Source: Candidatus Nanoarchaeia archaeon
GTDB lineage: Archaea; Nanobdellota; Nanobdellia; SCGC-AAA011-G17; GW2011-AR17
Assembly: GCA_028706745.1 (NCBI GenBank)
Contig: JAQTVM010000005.1
Location: 5,165 to 69,164 of the forward strand
Direction: 5' to 3'
Length of the DNA: 64,000 bases
The notes below the pieces were generated by a model. The model made no database searches. It saw only the letters and a list, made by a program, of their open reading frames with translations, and was not told where the DNA came from. Made by a program: the position numbers and the translations under genes. Positions 48,019-58,420 of the stretch are shown here, piece after piece (the first letter of the stretch is position 1; every line of letters starts with the position of its first letter).

Positions 48019-48716
48019 AGCTTGTGCAAAGGAGGATAAGCCGGAAGAACATTGCAATAGCGGCAATAATCACATTTTTATTCTTCTCTCTTGGAATCCT
48101 TATGGGCGTGCTTCTTACTGAAAAGAGGGTTGAGTCGCTGGAGCTTGTTGCATCTTCCCAGAAATTGGATTATGAAAGCATGCAGCTGCAGACATTGTTT
48201 CTTGAAGAATCTACAGGCGCTGACAAGTGCCTTATTGTGTCAAAGGCAATGGAGGCGCACATGAACACCCTTAGCAATACAGGCGACAAGATTGAAACAT
48301 ATATTCAGAGTTCGCAGGTTTCAGGTACAAGCTTTGAAGAGGTAAAAAGGGAATACATACTTGCCCAGCTTAAGTACTGGCTTCTGGCAAAGAAAGCCGA
48401 GAAGCTTTGCAGCACAGGCACTATTTCAATAATATATTTTTATTCAAATACAGAGGCATGCTCAAATTGCGGAGCCCAGTCAAGGGTTCTCACTCATTTG
48501 AAGGAAATATTTCCTGACGAACTGCTTGTTTTCTCGTTTGACGCATCTTTTGAGCAGGAGGCAATGATACAGATGCTCAAGACAGTTTATGGCATAACAT
48601 CTTATCCCACTCTGCTTGTTGATGACAGAAAGCACGAGGGCATGGTTACTGAAGAAGAACTGGTTGAAGAAATCTGCGCAAAGCTGGGAGATGAGCATCC
48701 GGCGTGCAGCAGTTAG
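48012..48716 (+). CDS. Membrane-anchored thioredoxin-fold protein
   Basis: N-terminal TM; YFYS...CSNC; YGITSYPTL. Confidence 0.75.
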   Translation: MVELVQRRISRKNIAIAAIITFLFFSLGILMGVLLTEKRVESLELVASSQKLDYESMQLQTLFLEESTGADKCLIVSKAMEAHMNTLSNTGDKIETYIQSSQVSGTSFEEVKREYILAQLKYWLLAKKAEKLCSTGTISIIYFYSNTEACSNCGAQSRVLTHLKEIFPDELLVFSFDASFEQEAMIQMLKTVYGITSYPTLLVDDRKHEGMVTEEELVEEICAKLGDEHPACSS

Positions 48717-48737
48717 CTGTTAATTACTCATTACTTA

Positions 48738-50069
48738 CTATTTTCGTTCAAACACCCAATATTCGCAGGAATTGTCTTTTTCGTTGTAAGCTGTTGAGAA
48801 TTTATTCTTAAGCAGGCTCATAAGCCCTTCACGCTTCTCTTCGCATTTTAAGTCATTCTGCGGATGGCAAACCAGGCTGCAGTTGTCAACAAGAGCATAC
48901 TGCACATTATTAGGATTATTCAAATAATCAATCCACTTCTGCGCAAGTTCAGCATTAAACACCATGTAATACATCGGCGTTACCGCCTTTTGTGAGTAGA
49001 GGTTTATCTGCGGATACGCAACTAACACTTCCCCAGTAATTTCCTTCTCTTCAAGGAACTTCATGTAGCCGTCATGCGCCTCTCCCAAAACAGGCTCTTC
49101 AGGCAATTGCGAAGCAAATGAAATAGAAGCAATCACAAATACTGCCCAGAATATCCATCTTTGCTTAAACATCTTCTTAATGCCGGCAGAAGCCAATATT
49201 GCAAAGTAAGGCAGCATAAGCAGCATGAACCTTATTTCCTTGTGCACGTGGTATGTAAAATACGCAAAAAAAGCAATAGCCAGCGCAGGAATGATATATT
49301 TTCTTTCTCGTACACAGGCATATATCCCGACAGCTGAAAGAATGTACAGCGGATTCTGCTTTAAAATCCCCTGAAGATAATAATAAACAGGGCCTGAGAA
49401 CAGCCAGGCGCCTGAATTCTTTATTATTGCGTCAGCATCTGCAAACACAGACGGATTGCCGTACATGAACCAATTAAAAACAAGGTAAGGGACAATAAAG
49501 CACAATGCCCCCAATGCGAACTTTCCCGCATTCTTCCATTTCCTCATAAAGGCAATTCCGATTATTGCAATGACAAGCGCCTGCGGAAATTTTGTCAAGA
49601 AAGCAATGCCTGCAAATATTCCAGAAGCAAACGGCTTTTTTTCAATATAGAAATATAATGCCAATAATGCAAAAAACACAGAAGGTATTTCAGTCATAAT
49701 CCTGAATGTCGATTCAAGGAACACAGGGGTTAAAGCAAGCATTAATGCGGCAATTTCTCCTGCTTCTTCGCTGAACAGCTTTTTGCCGATTAAATAAGCC
49801 AGCAATATGCTTCCGATGCTGAAAGCCATTCCAAGCAGGTATCCAATGAATATGTCATTCAGCCCAAGCTTCCAGAAAAATCCCAGCATTAAGGGAAAAA
49901 CAAGCGGGCGTATGTGCTCCCATATGCCTGCCTCGCCAAGGGAATAAATGTAATGCCCCATTCCAAGATAAACAGAGGAGTCCCACCACATGGCATGTTC
50001 CTTAAATAAGAATATTAACTGCAGTGCAAAAGCCAAAACCAATATGGGGTATATTTTATTTATTTTCAT
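48738..50069 (-). CDS. ArnT/PMT_2-family GT-C glycosyltransferase
   Basis: WWDSSVY, RPLVFP, MTEIP, LTKF, HKEIRF. Confidence 0.8.
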   Translation of the reverse strand: MKINKIYPILVLAFALQLIFLFKEHAMWWDSSVYLGMGHYIYSLGEAGIWEHIRPLVFPLMLGFFWKLGLNDIFIGYLLGMAFSIGSILLAYLIGKKLFSEEAGEIAALMLALTPVFLESTFRIMTEIPSVFFALLALYFYIEKKPFASGIFAGIAFLTKFPQALVIAIIGIAFMRKWKNAGKFALGALCFIVPYLVFNWFMYGNPSVFADADAIIKNSGAWLFSGPVYYYLQGILKQNPLYILSAVGIYACVRERKYIIPALAIAFFAYFTYHVHKEIRFMLLMLPYFAILASAGIKKMFKQRWIFWAVFVIASISFASQLPEEPVLGEAHDGYMKFLEEKEITGEVLVAYPQINLYSQKAVTPMYYMVFNAELAQKWIDYLNNPNNVQYALVDNCSLVCHPQNDLKCEEKREGLMSLLKNKFSTAYNEKDNSCEYWVFERK

Positions 50070-50086
50070 TTTGCCTGCAATACTTC

Positions 50087-51526
50087 CTATCTTATTACCG
50101 GATTGATATCCATGAAAAATATCTGGCTCCTGAACTCCCTTGCAATCTTGCAGCCGAATTCAGATGTTTCAGAATCAAATAAAATGGCTTTCCTGTCTGA
50201 TTTTTCTTCCAGCCATTTCTTCAGCTCATTGTAATCCTCTTCATCATATACGCGCACGGCAACTATAGGAGCTTTCTTTTCCATTGCTTTCTTCAGCACC
50301 TTGTCTATCTGCCCTTTCTCATCAATCTCAATAATAAAATAATTCATCTTAGCTCCTCTTTTTTCAAGCTCAAGGAAGTATCTTGCAGGCGTTGAATAGC
50401 CAAGCAATGAATCCGCTTTTCCTGCATAGTCCATTACAACCAATGGCTCATACCTTCCTATCCTGACTTCATTGCCTCCAAAGATAATCTTTTCCCCGTC
50501 TGCCCTGAAATCTCCTGAAACAATATTCAAATTAGCCCCAATAAGCAAGGGAAGCATCTGCCCTGAACTGCAAATAACCTTAATGCCCTTTTCAGCAAGG
50601 TATTTGGCAGCTTTTACGTCGCCTGAAGAATCACAGCCGGCAGTCACAGCTGTCGCATTCTGCTCAACTGCATTTCTTGCAATTGCAGCCATTCCGTTTG
50701 TGTCAGCTATGACTGCAATATCCGAACTTAAGAATCTTGTAGTGGGCTGCTCGATAACTGAAACAGGAACTTCAAACATGAAAACATCTTCCTCATTTGA
50801 GGCGTACCATTTTCCGTCCATTTCTTTTGCAAGGGCGCCTGCTGCAATAATCTGCTTAATACCCTCTGCTTTTATCATATCAACAGAACTTCCTTCAGGC
50901 GTGCCTAAAAGAGATTCACTATAAGGGGAAGGAAGATTTGGAATTGTAAAATCCCTCGTAATTTTATGCGCCTGCGCGGCAAGCAAATCATCCTTGCCAA
51001 GCTCAATCTCAGTGCTTCCGAGTGTAATTGATGTGAAAGCGTGAGTAAACGAAGCAGTATTTGCTATCCCCTGAATGTCAAACTTCCATGCGCTTTTTAT
51101 CCCTGCCGCCCTCTGCAGGTTAATCAATGCCCTCTTGTTGTCTCTAGCAACCAGCCATGTTTCTGCAGACCTAAGATGATTATACCTTGTGTCTTCAATG
51201 CTCGCAACTGTTTCATATAACAATGCTTTTTCTTCCTTGTTTTCGGAATCTTCGGCAGCCTTGTGAAAAAAATCCATTGCAAATGACGCAAGCTCCCTGT
51301 CATTTGTTACCCTTGAAAGCAGGAATACAAGCTCAGCCCTTTCAGTGTTTGTTGCCGCCTTTTTTATCGCTGAATCAATCTGCTTTGCAAAATCATCAGC
51401 AGAAACATTCTTCTCTTCAAGAAAACTATTGAAGTCATGCCCGCCGGAATATTTGTCCCATTCATGCTCTGCGCATCCTGAAAGAAGGAGGCACGCCGCA
51501 ATTATCAGAATCCAGCAGTATTTCAT
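50087..51526 (-). CDS. Putative lipoprotein, unknown function
   Basis: Lipobox LLSGC; long ORF. Confidence 0.65.
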   Translation of the reverse strand: MKYCWILIIAACLLLSGCAEHEWDKYSGGHDFNSFLEEKNVSADDFAKQIDSAIKKAATNTERAELVFLLSRVTNDRELASFAMDFFHKAAEDSENKEEKALLYETVASIEDTRYNHLRSAETWLVARDNKRALINLQRAAGIKSAWKFDIQGIANTASFTHAFTSITLGSTEIELGKDDLLAAQAHKITRDFTIPNLPSPYSESLLGTPEGSSVDMIKAEGIKQIIAAGALAKEMDGKWYASNEEDVFMFEVPVSVIEQPTTRFLSSDIAVIADTNGMAAIARNAVEQNATAVTAGCDSSGDVKAAKYLAEKGIKVICSSGQMLPLLIGANLNIVSGDFRADGEKIIFGGNEVRIGRYEPLVVMDYAGKADSLLGYSTPARYFLELEKRGAKMNYFIIEIDEKGQIDKVLKKAMEKKAPIVAVRVYDEEDYNELKKWLEEKSDRKAILFDSETSEFGCKIAREFRSQIFFMDINPVIR

Positions 51527-51573
51527 GCTATTAAACTAGTTATTATAGAATTAAAAAGGTTTCTAAGAAAGAT

Positions 51574-51954
51574 TTACTTAATCAGCACTGCGTTAACAGT
51601 TCCTTCCTGTCCTGGGCGCGAGGTGATTCTTGCCTTGCCAATGTCTGTCTCTATAATGGCGCCTTTTGTCAGGATGTTTCTCCTTACGAAGTGCCTGTTT
51701 GCCTTGTTATCAGTGATTGTCTTTATCTTTGCAAGAACATATTTCTTCTCTTTTGGGCTGTAAACATTTGCCTCGTTGCATTCAAGCAGGAGCGTTTTTC
51801 TTGAGCCGCCAAGCTTTCTAAGCTCAATCGCTTTCTTGTTTCCCAATTTTGTAAGCGTGGGCAGTCTTCTTGACTGGTTTGCCCTTTTCTTTTGGTACTC
51901 GTGGTACCTTCCGCCTGTTGTTTTCCTTTTCGGCCTTCTGCTTGTTAATGCCAT
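51574..51954 (-). CDS. rps8e: 30S ribosomal protein S8e
   Basis: KRKTTGG, RRNILTKGAII, TSRPGQEG. Confidence 0.97.
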   Translation of the reverse strand: MALTSRRPKRKTTGGRYHEYQKKRANQSRRLPTLTKLGNKKAIELRKLGGSRKTLLLECNEANVYSPKEKKYVLAKIKTITDNKANRHFVRRNILTKGAIIETDIGKARITSRPGQEGTVNAVLIK

Positions 51955-52106
51955 TGAGAGAACGAAGTTTAGGGTTATTTATAAACCTTTCGCCGCAGTC
52001 CATTTCGCTGTTTTTTCCGCAATACAGGGGAGGCTCTTAGAAAAGCTTAAAAAGGAGGGGTATTATATCAAAAGAAGTTTAATTTGTTATTTTGGAGGAA
52101 TTTAAA

Positions 52107-52334
52107 ATGGAAACAGACAGACCGTTGGACGCGCTGAACGAAGCAAGAAACAAGAGAGTTATTGTTGAGCTAAAGAACAAGACGCAGATTGTAGGTACCT
52201 TGAAGGCATTTGACATACACATCAATACTGTTCTTGGCGATGCAGAAGAGCAAGGCGATGACGGCTCAGTGAAGAGAAAGCTCGGAAAGGTGTTCATACG
52301 CGGAGACATGATTGTATTAATCTCGCCTGCTTAA
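52107..52334 (+). CDS. Archaeal Sm-like (Lsm) protein
   Basis: RPLDAL, GTLKAFDIHIN, FIRGD. Sits in the usual position upstream of rpl37e; GGAGG SD. Confidence 0.95.
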   Translation: METDRPLDALNEARNKRVIVELKNKTQIVGTLKAFDIHINTVLGDAEEQGDDGSVKRKLGKVFIRGDMIVLISPA

Positions 52335-52347
52335 GGAGTGAAACGAA

Positions 52348-52545
52348 ATGACTAAGGGTTCAGTATCAATTGGAAAGAAGTCCGGCAAGGACGTCCACAT
52401 AAGGTGCAGAAGGTGCGGTAGGTATTCATACCATAAGATTAGGGGAATTTGCGCTGACTGCGGCTACGGCGCCACTGCAAAGCTGAGGAAGTACACCTGG
52501 CAGAAGTGGGAAAAAAGGCCGAATCACAGGAAAGCGGGGAAGTAA
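52348..52545 (+). CDS. rpl37e: 50S ribosomal protein L37e
   Basis: MTKG, HIRCRRCG..SYH, CADCGY. Confidence 0.97.
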   Translation: MTKGSVSIGKKSGKDVHIRCRRCGRYSYHKIRGICADCGYGATAKLRKYTWQKWEKRPNHRKAGK

Positions 52546-52614
52546 AAAGCCGCGCGAGCATAGCGAAGTGCGACTTTGAACGATAGTGGCAAAGGCGGCT
52601 TTTATTTTTCTTTT
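52546..52614 (+). terminator. REP-like hairpin (AAAGCCGC...GCGGCTTT) plus T-tract after rpl37e
   Basis: 8-bp stem followed by ATTTTTCTTTTTT. Confidence 0.5.
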
Positions 52615-52748
52615 TTAATTTGGTTTCTTATAGATTACAAACCTTTTTATAGCAATTAGTACTCAATTTTATTATTCGCGGGTTCGCAATACGGAACCCG
52701 CTATGTGGGCTTTGCCCACTCGAGGTTGAGAAGGGGCTTGCCCCTTAT

Positions 52749-52832
52749 GCGGGGGTGCCAGAGCGGTCAAATGGGATGGGCTTAGGACCCATTAGCTTAG
52801 TGCTTTCGCAGGTTCGAATCCTGTCCCCCGCA
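52749..52832 (+). tRNA. tRNA-Leu (anticodon TAG), no intron, CCA not encoded
   Basis: Acceptor GCGGGGG/CCCCCGC-A, anticodon arm ATGGG-CTTAGGA-CCCAT, long variable arm, T arm GCAGG-TTCGAAT-CCTGT. Confidence 0.97.
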
Positions 52833-52882
52833 GATATTAATTCTAATGCCTTAAATTGCAAATATTCATAGAAAAACAAAAT

Positions 52883-53020
52883 GGGGACAGGTCTGGAACG
52901 AAGTGACAATACCTGTCCCCCGCGGAGTATTCTAATTATTAGTGATAAATCCTTGAAATCCAATTAATGCTTTAACAGGAGGTGCAGTTCCGAACAGAGG
53001 TGAGGGCACTGTCCACTGCA
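52883..53020. repeat. Two tRNA-3'-end-derived repeats
   Basis: CCTGTCCCCCGC (52912-52923) equals tRNA 52820-52831 and pairs with GGGGACAGG. A degenerate second copy is at 52978-53020. Confidence 0.65.
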
Positions 53021-53053
53021 TTTTTTAATTAGAATATTGTAAATAGGCATATC

Positions 53054-55309
53054 TTATAACACACAGGGTGTACCGGCGCTAATGCATGCAATCCTTTCAT
53101 TCAATTGCTTTAATGCGGGCTCTGAATATGTATCGCCTCTTCCATCTGGGGTGTTACCTTCGTTTTCACCCTGGTGCCTCATGATGGAGTTAAGCCGGGG
53201 TCTGAGAAGATTTTTGCATGTATCTCCGCAGCTGCCTCCGCACCCTGTCCATCCGCTGTTCTTTGCCTTGTTAGCAAGCTCAATGCCCCATAGCGTTTTT
53301 GCATCAACACAATTAGCTCTTCCTTCGCAGTCATAAGGCAGGCAGTTTGGCACTCCTGAGCCGTCATTATTGCCGCCATTCCAATATTCATCCTTTAAGT
53401 CCCCAAATAAATGCCCAAACTCGTGCACGAAAGTCATTGATTTTCCATCATAGACTGAATGAAGATTTGATTGCGAAACTGCATATGAATTTGAACCAAA
53501 TTCCTTTTGTGAGATTATAATACTATTATCCACGGAGGGGCATAATTCTAATACTGTAATATAATACTTTATTGCAGGGATGCCTTCTGCTTGCATTGGC
53601 ATTCTGCCTCCGTCAAGCATATAATACTTGAACTTTGCCTGATTTTCTGCGAAGGGAGGTACGTCAAGAATCCCTTTAAACCCATCTCTGCCTTCCATTA
53701 TGCCTTTAATTTCATCCTTAAATTCGCTTTCTGTGTCATACTCGTCTGATACGAACAAGAATTTATAAGCCGCCCCACTTCCTTGGCTGTATTCAGCAAG
53801 TTCTTTGCACTGCGCCTGCTTTACGCAAAGCTTCATTTTGCATACCCTTCCAGTGCCGCAGTCAGAATCAGATGCACACCTGTAATTCTGCCTCGTTGCT
53901 GTAAAACCCTGCACCTGCCTGCCGTTTAGATAGCAGTCTCTCGTAGTAAATGGATTTTTGCATTCAAGCCGGTCGTAAAAGTTAAGCGGCTCCTGTCCTG
54001 TTGCAACTGCATCTTTTGGAAGGACATATGCCTCAAAGCTTATGCCCAAGTCAAACCAGTTGCCTCCCTCTGAAGGAATAATGTCTTTTGCATAAAACCT
54101 GAGTTTGGTGCTTACTTCCGGCTTCATCAGCTCTACAAAGCTTGGCTGCGGCTCATTGGCAGAGGTATCAAAAGGATCCACAAAAACCTTTTCATATCCT
54201 TCAGGGATTTGTACAATCATATATGATGTCATGTCTTTTGCCCTCGGTTTTATTTCTATTATTTTATTATCTCTGTCAAAATGAAGGCATGCAATATCCT
54301 TATAATGCTCTTCATTATGCAGGCAATCCTCATAAATTATTACAGAATCTGTAATTAAAACTGCCCCATTTATTACTGTCACAAGGCTGTTGCCCAAATC
54401 CTGTATTACTGCGCCTGCAGAACTTCTTATTATCTTATTTTTTAAAGCCATTGTCTTTAAAGGCATATTCACAGTAAAATCTTTTCCTTCAAAAAGCCAT
54501 GGGCTAAAGCTGCCTGTCATTGCGCTTATTTTTAGCTTTTCTTCGGATTTCAGCTTAAATTCCGCAAACTGCGCTTTTTCGCCTGGCTTGGCTTCAATTG
54601 CAAACCCAGGCGCGCCCAACACAGTTATTTCTGTCATATTAAATATGGGTATCTGCTCATTGCATTGCATCGGGTCTGCTTCAAGGCATTTTTCTCGTTT
54701 TTCCCTCATTTTATCAAAACCCTCATTCAGGTATGCATTAAGGTATTCACTGCCTTTTGTCAAAAAACCCCATCCTGTAATGCGGAAGTAACCTGCGGTT
54801 GGCGTGGAAACAGCAACTAGCTCGCAGCCAATATTTTCTCCCTGCATGCAGCCGAAGAATGCATTATCGCTTCCCTGTATGTATGCGCCATTTGTAATGC
54901 TGATGACAGCCATTGACGGGTTGGCTGCATATATCATAAACTCCTTTCCTCTGATTTGAAAAGCGTTTGTATTTGTAGTGGGCGGGTTATATACTCCATT
55001 TTTTATCTGAAGGAAACGCACTATGCGGTTTGCAGTTATATTTCCTGACAATGTGCCAAATTCCCTGAGCTGTCCACCCTGCATATACTGGATTTTCAAA
55101 TCACCTATTCTCTCAACCTCAATAAAGCTGTCTTCGCCGAATATGGCGCGCATATCTTCAGGATTATACTCAAGATACAGCCTTCCGCTGTCAACCCCAT
55201 AATAAGCAACCCTCCCTTCGCCTTTTACTTCGTGCCTTATCTCTTCTGCAAGTGCCGGAAAGCTCATCAAGACAATAAGTACAACATACAAAAATGCCTT
55301 TGGTTTCAT
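53054..55309 (-). CDS. Secreted protein with C-terminal M64 (IgA-peptidase-like) zinc metallopeptidase domain
   Basis: Signal peptide, Cys knot CASDSDC...C...LCV, FLFVSDEY, HEFGHLFGDLKDEY, PNC, NSIM Met-turn. Confidence 0.82.
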   Translation of the reverse strand: MKPKAFLYVVLIVLMSFPALAEEIRHEVKGEGRVAYYGVDSGRLYLEYNPEDMRAIFGEDSFIEVERIGDLKIQYMQGGQLREFGTLSGNITANRIVRFLQIKNGVYNPPTTNTNAFQIRGKEFMIYAANPSMAVISITNGAYIQGSDNAFFGCMQGENIGCELVAVSTPTAGYFRITGWGFLTKGSEYLNAYLNEGFDKMREKREKCLEADPMQCNEQIPIFNMTEITVLGAPGFAIEAKPGEKAQFAEFKLKSEEKLKISAMTGSFSPWLFEGKDFTVNMPLKTMALKNKIIRSSAGAVIQDLGNSLVTVINGAVLITDSVIIYEDCLHNEEHYKDIACLHFDRDNKIIEIKPRAKDMTSYMIVQIPEGYEKVFVDPFDTSANEPQPSFVELMKPEVSTKLRFYAKDIIPSEGGNWFDLGISFEAYVLPKDAVATGQEPLNFYDRLECKNPFTTRDCYLNGRQVQGFTATRQNYRCASDSDCGTGRVCKMKLCVKQAQCKELAEYSQGSGAAYKFLFVSDEYDTESEFKDEIKGIMEGRDGFKGILDVPPFAENQAKFKYYMLDGGRMPMQAEGIPAIKYYITVLELCPSVDNSIIISQKEFGSNSYAVSQSNLHSVYDGKSMTFVHEFGHLFGDLKDEYWNGGNNDGSGVPNCLPYDCEGRANCVDAKTLWGIELANKAKNSGWTGCGGSCGDTCKNLLRPRLNSIMRHQGENEGNTPDGRGDTYSEPALKQLNERIACISAGTPCVL

Positions 55310-55348
55310 AAGATAAAGAAAGCTGTTGCAATTAATAAAACTATTTGT

Positions 55349-57574
55349 TCAGCTGTATGCGGCAAGCCTGTTTTCAATGGCAATCCTTGAAACATCATTA
55401 TAAGTATTATGCCCGGGCATTCTTTGGGTGTTCATTATTGACTTGCTGCTTGGCTTGAAATATCCTTTGCATTCATCACCGCAGTCGCCTCCGCATCCTC
55501 TTTCATCTTCCGGAAGGCTTTTTTCTTCCTGTATGAGCCTGTCAGCTTCTGCCGCATTCCCAAGAATACCAGTCCAAACCCTTCTTGCCTCTTCCTCTGT
55601 TTTAATGCAGTTTGGCTCTCCTGCAAGCCCTGTTTTGTCTTGTCTTAGGTTATAGTACTCATCCCATAATTTTCCGAATGCGTGCCCGAATTCGTGCGCA
55701 AGAAGAAGCCCCTTCCCTCTTTGCTCAATGCTTCTCATTGAGATGAAAACATTCACTCCGGGCTCTGCAAATGACCTGAACTCATTTGTAGACATGAAAA
55801 TAGCATGCTCTATGTCAGGGCATTCCCTCTGCATTGCATTTGCATAGCGGTGGGTAACATACATGTTTGATTCAGGGCTCCACGCTGTCTTTTCAGGATT
55901 CATCTTCCAAACCCTGAATTTGTCTTTATTCTCGCGATAAGGGCGGATTGTCAAAAGCCCGTCAAATGAGCTGTCTGTCATTATCTTCTTTATGTCATTT
56001 TCAAGGGTTGTTTCATCATCATAATTATTTCCTATGAAGAGCAAGTCCAGCTTGTTTTCCCCGCCTGCGCCCGGGTTTATTCCGCTGACTTCGCTGCAGG
56101 AATTTCTCCTTACGCACAGCCGTTCAATGCATTTTCCGGCTCCGCAGTCAGAATCATCATCGCACCTTGTTTGCGCCTGCGGGTTAAATTCCCTTGGCAG
56201 CCCCCTGCTTGTAGCCCATACTCTTCCGTCAAGCGTGCATGAATATTGTTCTGTTTCCGGCGTTACCCTGCATTCGAATTCCTGATACCTGTTCTCAGAA
56301 AAAACAAATGTCCTGAAGCTTATCCCCATTTCAAACCAGTTTCTTTCATTGCCGTTTTCAGGCATGACAACATTGTCCTTGTAGAATATCAGCGCAGTGT
56401 TTGGCACTCCTTCTTTTTCAAGAATGACAAAGCTCGGATTTCCGAAGGTTTCAAACCTTCCTATGTCCAGTTTTTTGTAGTGGTTTTGAGCAGGCAGTTT
56501 TATCTTAAGATTAAAAGGATAGTCAATATCTCTTTCATAATGCTCTGATTCAGGGTTTGCTTCTGCGTAAGTTCTTGGCTTTACATATATTTCATTTCTT
56601 GAAAAATCAATGTGGCTGCACGCCGTCAGCTTGAAAAGGTTATTGCTGTCTTTTACCCAAGATATGCCCTGCGGCTTTGTCAGCCCTGAAGAGCCCATAA
56701 CTCTTTCTTCCCCGCCGTTGCAGTAATCATAAACCGCTTTCTCGGATGTCAGGAACATATTTCCCCTGTTAAGCTGGAAAAGCCTGTGCCCGTGAATAAA
56801 TATGCTTATGCCTTCTGCATTTTCCCTCGAAGTCCTTGAAAAAACCCTTATGTTTGCGCCTTCTTCAGGGAAAACTTCTGCCTGTTCGGAAATAATCTCG
56901 TAATAAGGAGCAGGATAATTCATGTGCGAAAGAACTGCTTTTTCAGCTTTTATTTTCATTTTTCCGAATGTTCCGTCAATGTCTTCTGCCGTGATTGTAA
57001 AATTCTCCCCTGTGCTCAGGATATTTATTTTATTCAGGTTTTCAAGGGATGCAGCATAATCATCATTCACTTCTTCTCCCCTTTTCTTCTGCACATAAAA
57101 AGAGACATTAAGCGCCTCTGCCCTGCCTCTTATGCTTATGCCGGATTCAGACGGCGATACTGAAGCTGACATCGAGCATTCTTCAGCGCATTGGATTGCG
57201 TGGCTGTCTTTTATGTAATCTGCCTTTTGGAGGGAAAATTTCAATTCCGGAATCTCTTCTGCATTTATGTAAAACAATTCTCCTGTAATATTCACTTTCT
57301 GGCTTCCTGTTGAAACAAACTTCCCATTGGCTACTTTCAGTTTTCCGCTTTCAACAGTCAATGTGCCATAAACATACCCTAATTCCCTTTCTGCCCCGCC
57401 TGAAGCAAACATTATTGCCAATGCTCCTTCTTTTTCAGCATATCCCGGAAATAGGATACTAATTTCTTCCGGGTTGTAAGAAGTTGCGCCAAAAATGCCT
57501 GTTATTTCTTCAGCATACGCCGTATTAACGGCAAACAGCATAGCTATTGCGAGCAGAAAGGCATATTTCCTCAT
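55349..57574 (-). CDS. Paralogous secreted M64-like metallopeptidase
   Basis: Signal peptide, CDDDSDC knot, HEFGHAFGKLWDEY, EPNC, KSIM. Confidence 0.82.
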   Translation of the reverse strand: MRKYAFLLAIAMLFAVNTAYAEEITGIFGATSYNPEEISILFPGYAEKEGALAIMFASGGAERELGYVYGTLTVESGKLKVANGKFVSTGSQKVNITGELFYINAEEIPELKFSLQKADYIKDSHAIQCAEECSMSASVSPSESGISIRGRAEALNVSFYVQKKRGEEVNDDYAASLENLNKINILSTGENFTITAEDIDGTFGKMKIKAEKAVLSHMNYPAPYYEIISEQAEVFPEEGANIRVFSRTSRENAEGISIFIHGHRLFQLNRGNMFLTSEKAVYDYCNGGEERVMGSSGLTKPQGISWVKDSNNLFKLTACSHIDFSRNEIYVKPRTYAEANPESEHYERDIDYPFNLKIKLPAQNHYKKLDIGRFETFGNPSFVILEKEGVPNTALIFYKDNVVMPENGNERNWFEMGISFRTFVFSENRYQEFECRVTPETEQYSCTLDGRVWATSRGLPREFNPQAQTRCDDDSDCGAGKCIERLCVRRNSCSEVSGINPGAGGENKLDLLFIGNNYDDETTLENDIKKIMTDSSFDGLLTIRPYRENKDKFRVWKMNPEKTAWSPESNMYVTHRYANAMQRECPDIEHAIFMSTNEFRSFAEPGVNVFISMRSIEQRGKGLLLAHEFGHAFGKLWDEYYNLRQDKTGLAGEPNCIKTEEEARRVWTGILGNAAEADRLIQEEKSLPEDERGCGGDCGDECKGYFKPSSKSIMNTQRMPGHNTYNDVSRIAIENRLAAYS

Positions 57575-57611
57575 AGTGTAGAAAATGCAATTATTCTTAA
57601 TAAACCTATCC

Positions 57612-58418
57612 CTAAGCGCACTTAGCCGCTTTCACAGTGAAGAATGTCCTTGTCCAGCCAACCAAAAGCAGGGCAATGATTATTGGAATTGAGGCTGTCA
57701 GCATCCCTTCATTGCTTGAAGCGCTCCACTTAAGAAAGAAATTAACCATGCCTGCAAGAGCAAGCATCCAGGCAAATGCATATAAAAGATAGCACGGAAG
57801 CATCACATAAGTCCTTCTTATCACGCACGCAAAGCTTTTTGCTATTTCCCTGTACCTGTCCTTAAGAGTGAATGCATAGAATATCTGGTTGATGTAAAGC
57901 ACAATTATAAACAAAACGAAAAACAGGATAAACTTCAATGAAAATATTTTTCCTATGTCTGCATATGTAATGTCAAAAAGCTCATTAAGCAGGAAAAGCC
58001 CGGCTACATAAAAAGGCGCTGCAAACACTATAAAACGGAGGTAATTTGTGAACAGTATCATCTTGTTTCTTAGTATAAGGCTGTACTGCGGCGCCTGGAA
58101 CAGGCACCATAAGGCAAAAATCACCAAAGGCACAATAAAGAACGTGAAAAAAGAAGCCTGTTTTGCAATTGGGCCAAGTATTGCAAGAAGCTCTGTCATT
58201 TCATTCATGCTTCCGACGCTGTTTTGGGCAAGCATCTGCTGAACGTTTGAAACCTGCGCAGAATACTGGCTTATCAGGGCAAAGTAAGCTTTTATTTTTG
58301 CCCTTGTATATATAAAAAATACAAATGCAGAAACTAAAAATAGCGCGTCAAGCAGGAGAAACTTCCACCAGTGTTTCTTAAAAGCAAGATTTGCTTCTGA
58401 GAAGGTTGTTTTTTTCAT
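57612..58418 (-). CDS. Multi-TM hypothetical membrane protein
   Basis: About 6 hydrophobic helices; starts 2 nt after the giant-gene stop. Confidence 0.7.
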   Translation of the reverse strand: MKKTTFSEANLAFKKHWWKFLLLDALFLVSAFVFFIYTRAKIKAYFALISQYSAQVSNVQQMLAQNSVGSMNEMTELLAILGPIAKQASFFTFFIVPLVIFALWCLFQAPQYSLILRNKMILFTNYLRFIVFAAPFYVAGLFLLNELFDITYADIGKIFSLKFILFFVLFIIVLYINQIFYAFTLKDRYREIAKSFACVIRRTYVMLPCYLLYAFAWMLALAGMVNFFLKWSASSNEGMLTASIPIIIALLLVGWTRTFFTVKAAKCA

Positions 58419-58420
58419 TT

